Part shown: piece after piece, positions 35,007 through 35,404 of the stretch
How positions within the stretch are numbered: the first letter of the stretch is position 1
Layout: every line of letters begins with the position of its first letter
Source of the DNA: Phoronis australis
Taxonomy: Eukaryota > Animalia > Phoronida
Assembly (NCBI GenBank): GCA_002633005.1
Contig: NMRA01000572.1
Span: 1-35,404, forward strand
DNA: 35,404 nucleotides
Direction: 5' to 3'
Made by a program: the position numbers and the translations under genes
The notes under the pieces: generated by a model
What the model was told of the DNA's origin: nothing
Seen by the model: only the letters and a program-made list of their open reading frames with translations
Databases searched by the model: none

Positions 35007-35404
35007 AATTACAGCACACATCACGAATTTTTGGCCGACCGGTCGGAAATTGGTCGACGACCGGCCGTCGACCAACAACGGTCGGCTAGGAGCCGTCTGC
35101 TTAGTCGCCTCTGTGGTCGGCACTTGGGTCGGCTAATTGGTCGCCTAGCGTAGACGACCAATTCGGATTAAGCGTGTCCTTGGTCGGCAATTACCATTTT
35201 ATGACTTAGCGGGTGAACTTTGGACAAACAAACATTTAACTGTTCGCTGTTCGTTTACCAGTGGCAACTCCGGTCTTGACATCGGTTTATCAAATTTTGT
35301 TCAACTATTAAATGGAGGTAAAATCGAATCAACCTACAAATACGAAGTGCGTGGCATTACACAAGCCGAAAACCTTATGTTGAATTAATGACGGCGTGGT
35401 AAAA

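Noticed and set aside
29900-35404. Next upstream ASPH exon (expected QRSLYN...PWW motif)
   Set aside because: No such translation was seen on the minus strand; it presumably lies beyond the window.

Overview
This is AT-rich animal DNA, probably from a marine invertebrate (inferred from the repeat families and protein divergence), not prokaryotic. The only host gene I can support is the 3' end of aspartyl/asparaginyl beta-hydroxylase (ASPH) on the minus strand: four GT-AG exons (29899-29767, 26963-26872, 14181-14051, 7856-7706) that splice in frame into the 2OG/Fe(II) oxygenase domain and stop at TAG. Upstream exons were not found and probably lie beyond the window end. The rest is intron and downstream sequence packed with decayed, often nested transposons: an Academ XPG fragment, a TTAA-flanked Kolobok element built from two 5' ends, several TA-flanked pogo-type elements, a Penelope GIY-YIG fragment with a hammerhead-like motif, a LINE RT fragment, a ~150/450-bp repeat carrying co-oriented CTCF-like motifs, and minisatellites. 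I found no CRISPR array, no RNA gene and no intact novel multi-gene system; the best leads are structural and are listed as findings. Family names come from motif recognition by eye, with no database search.
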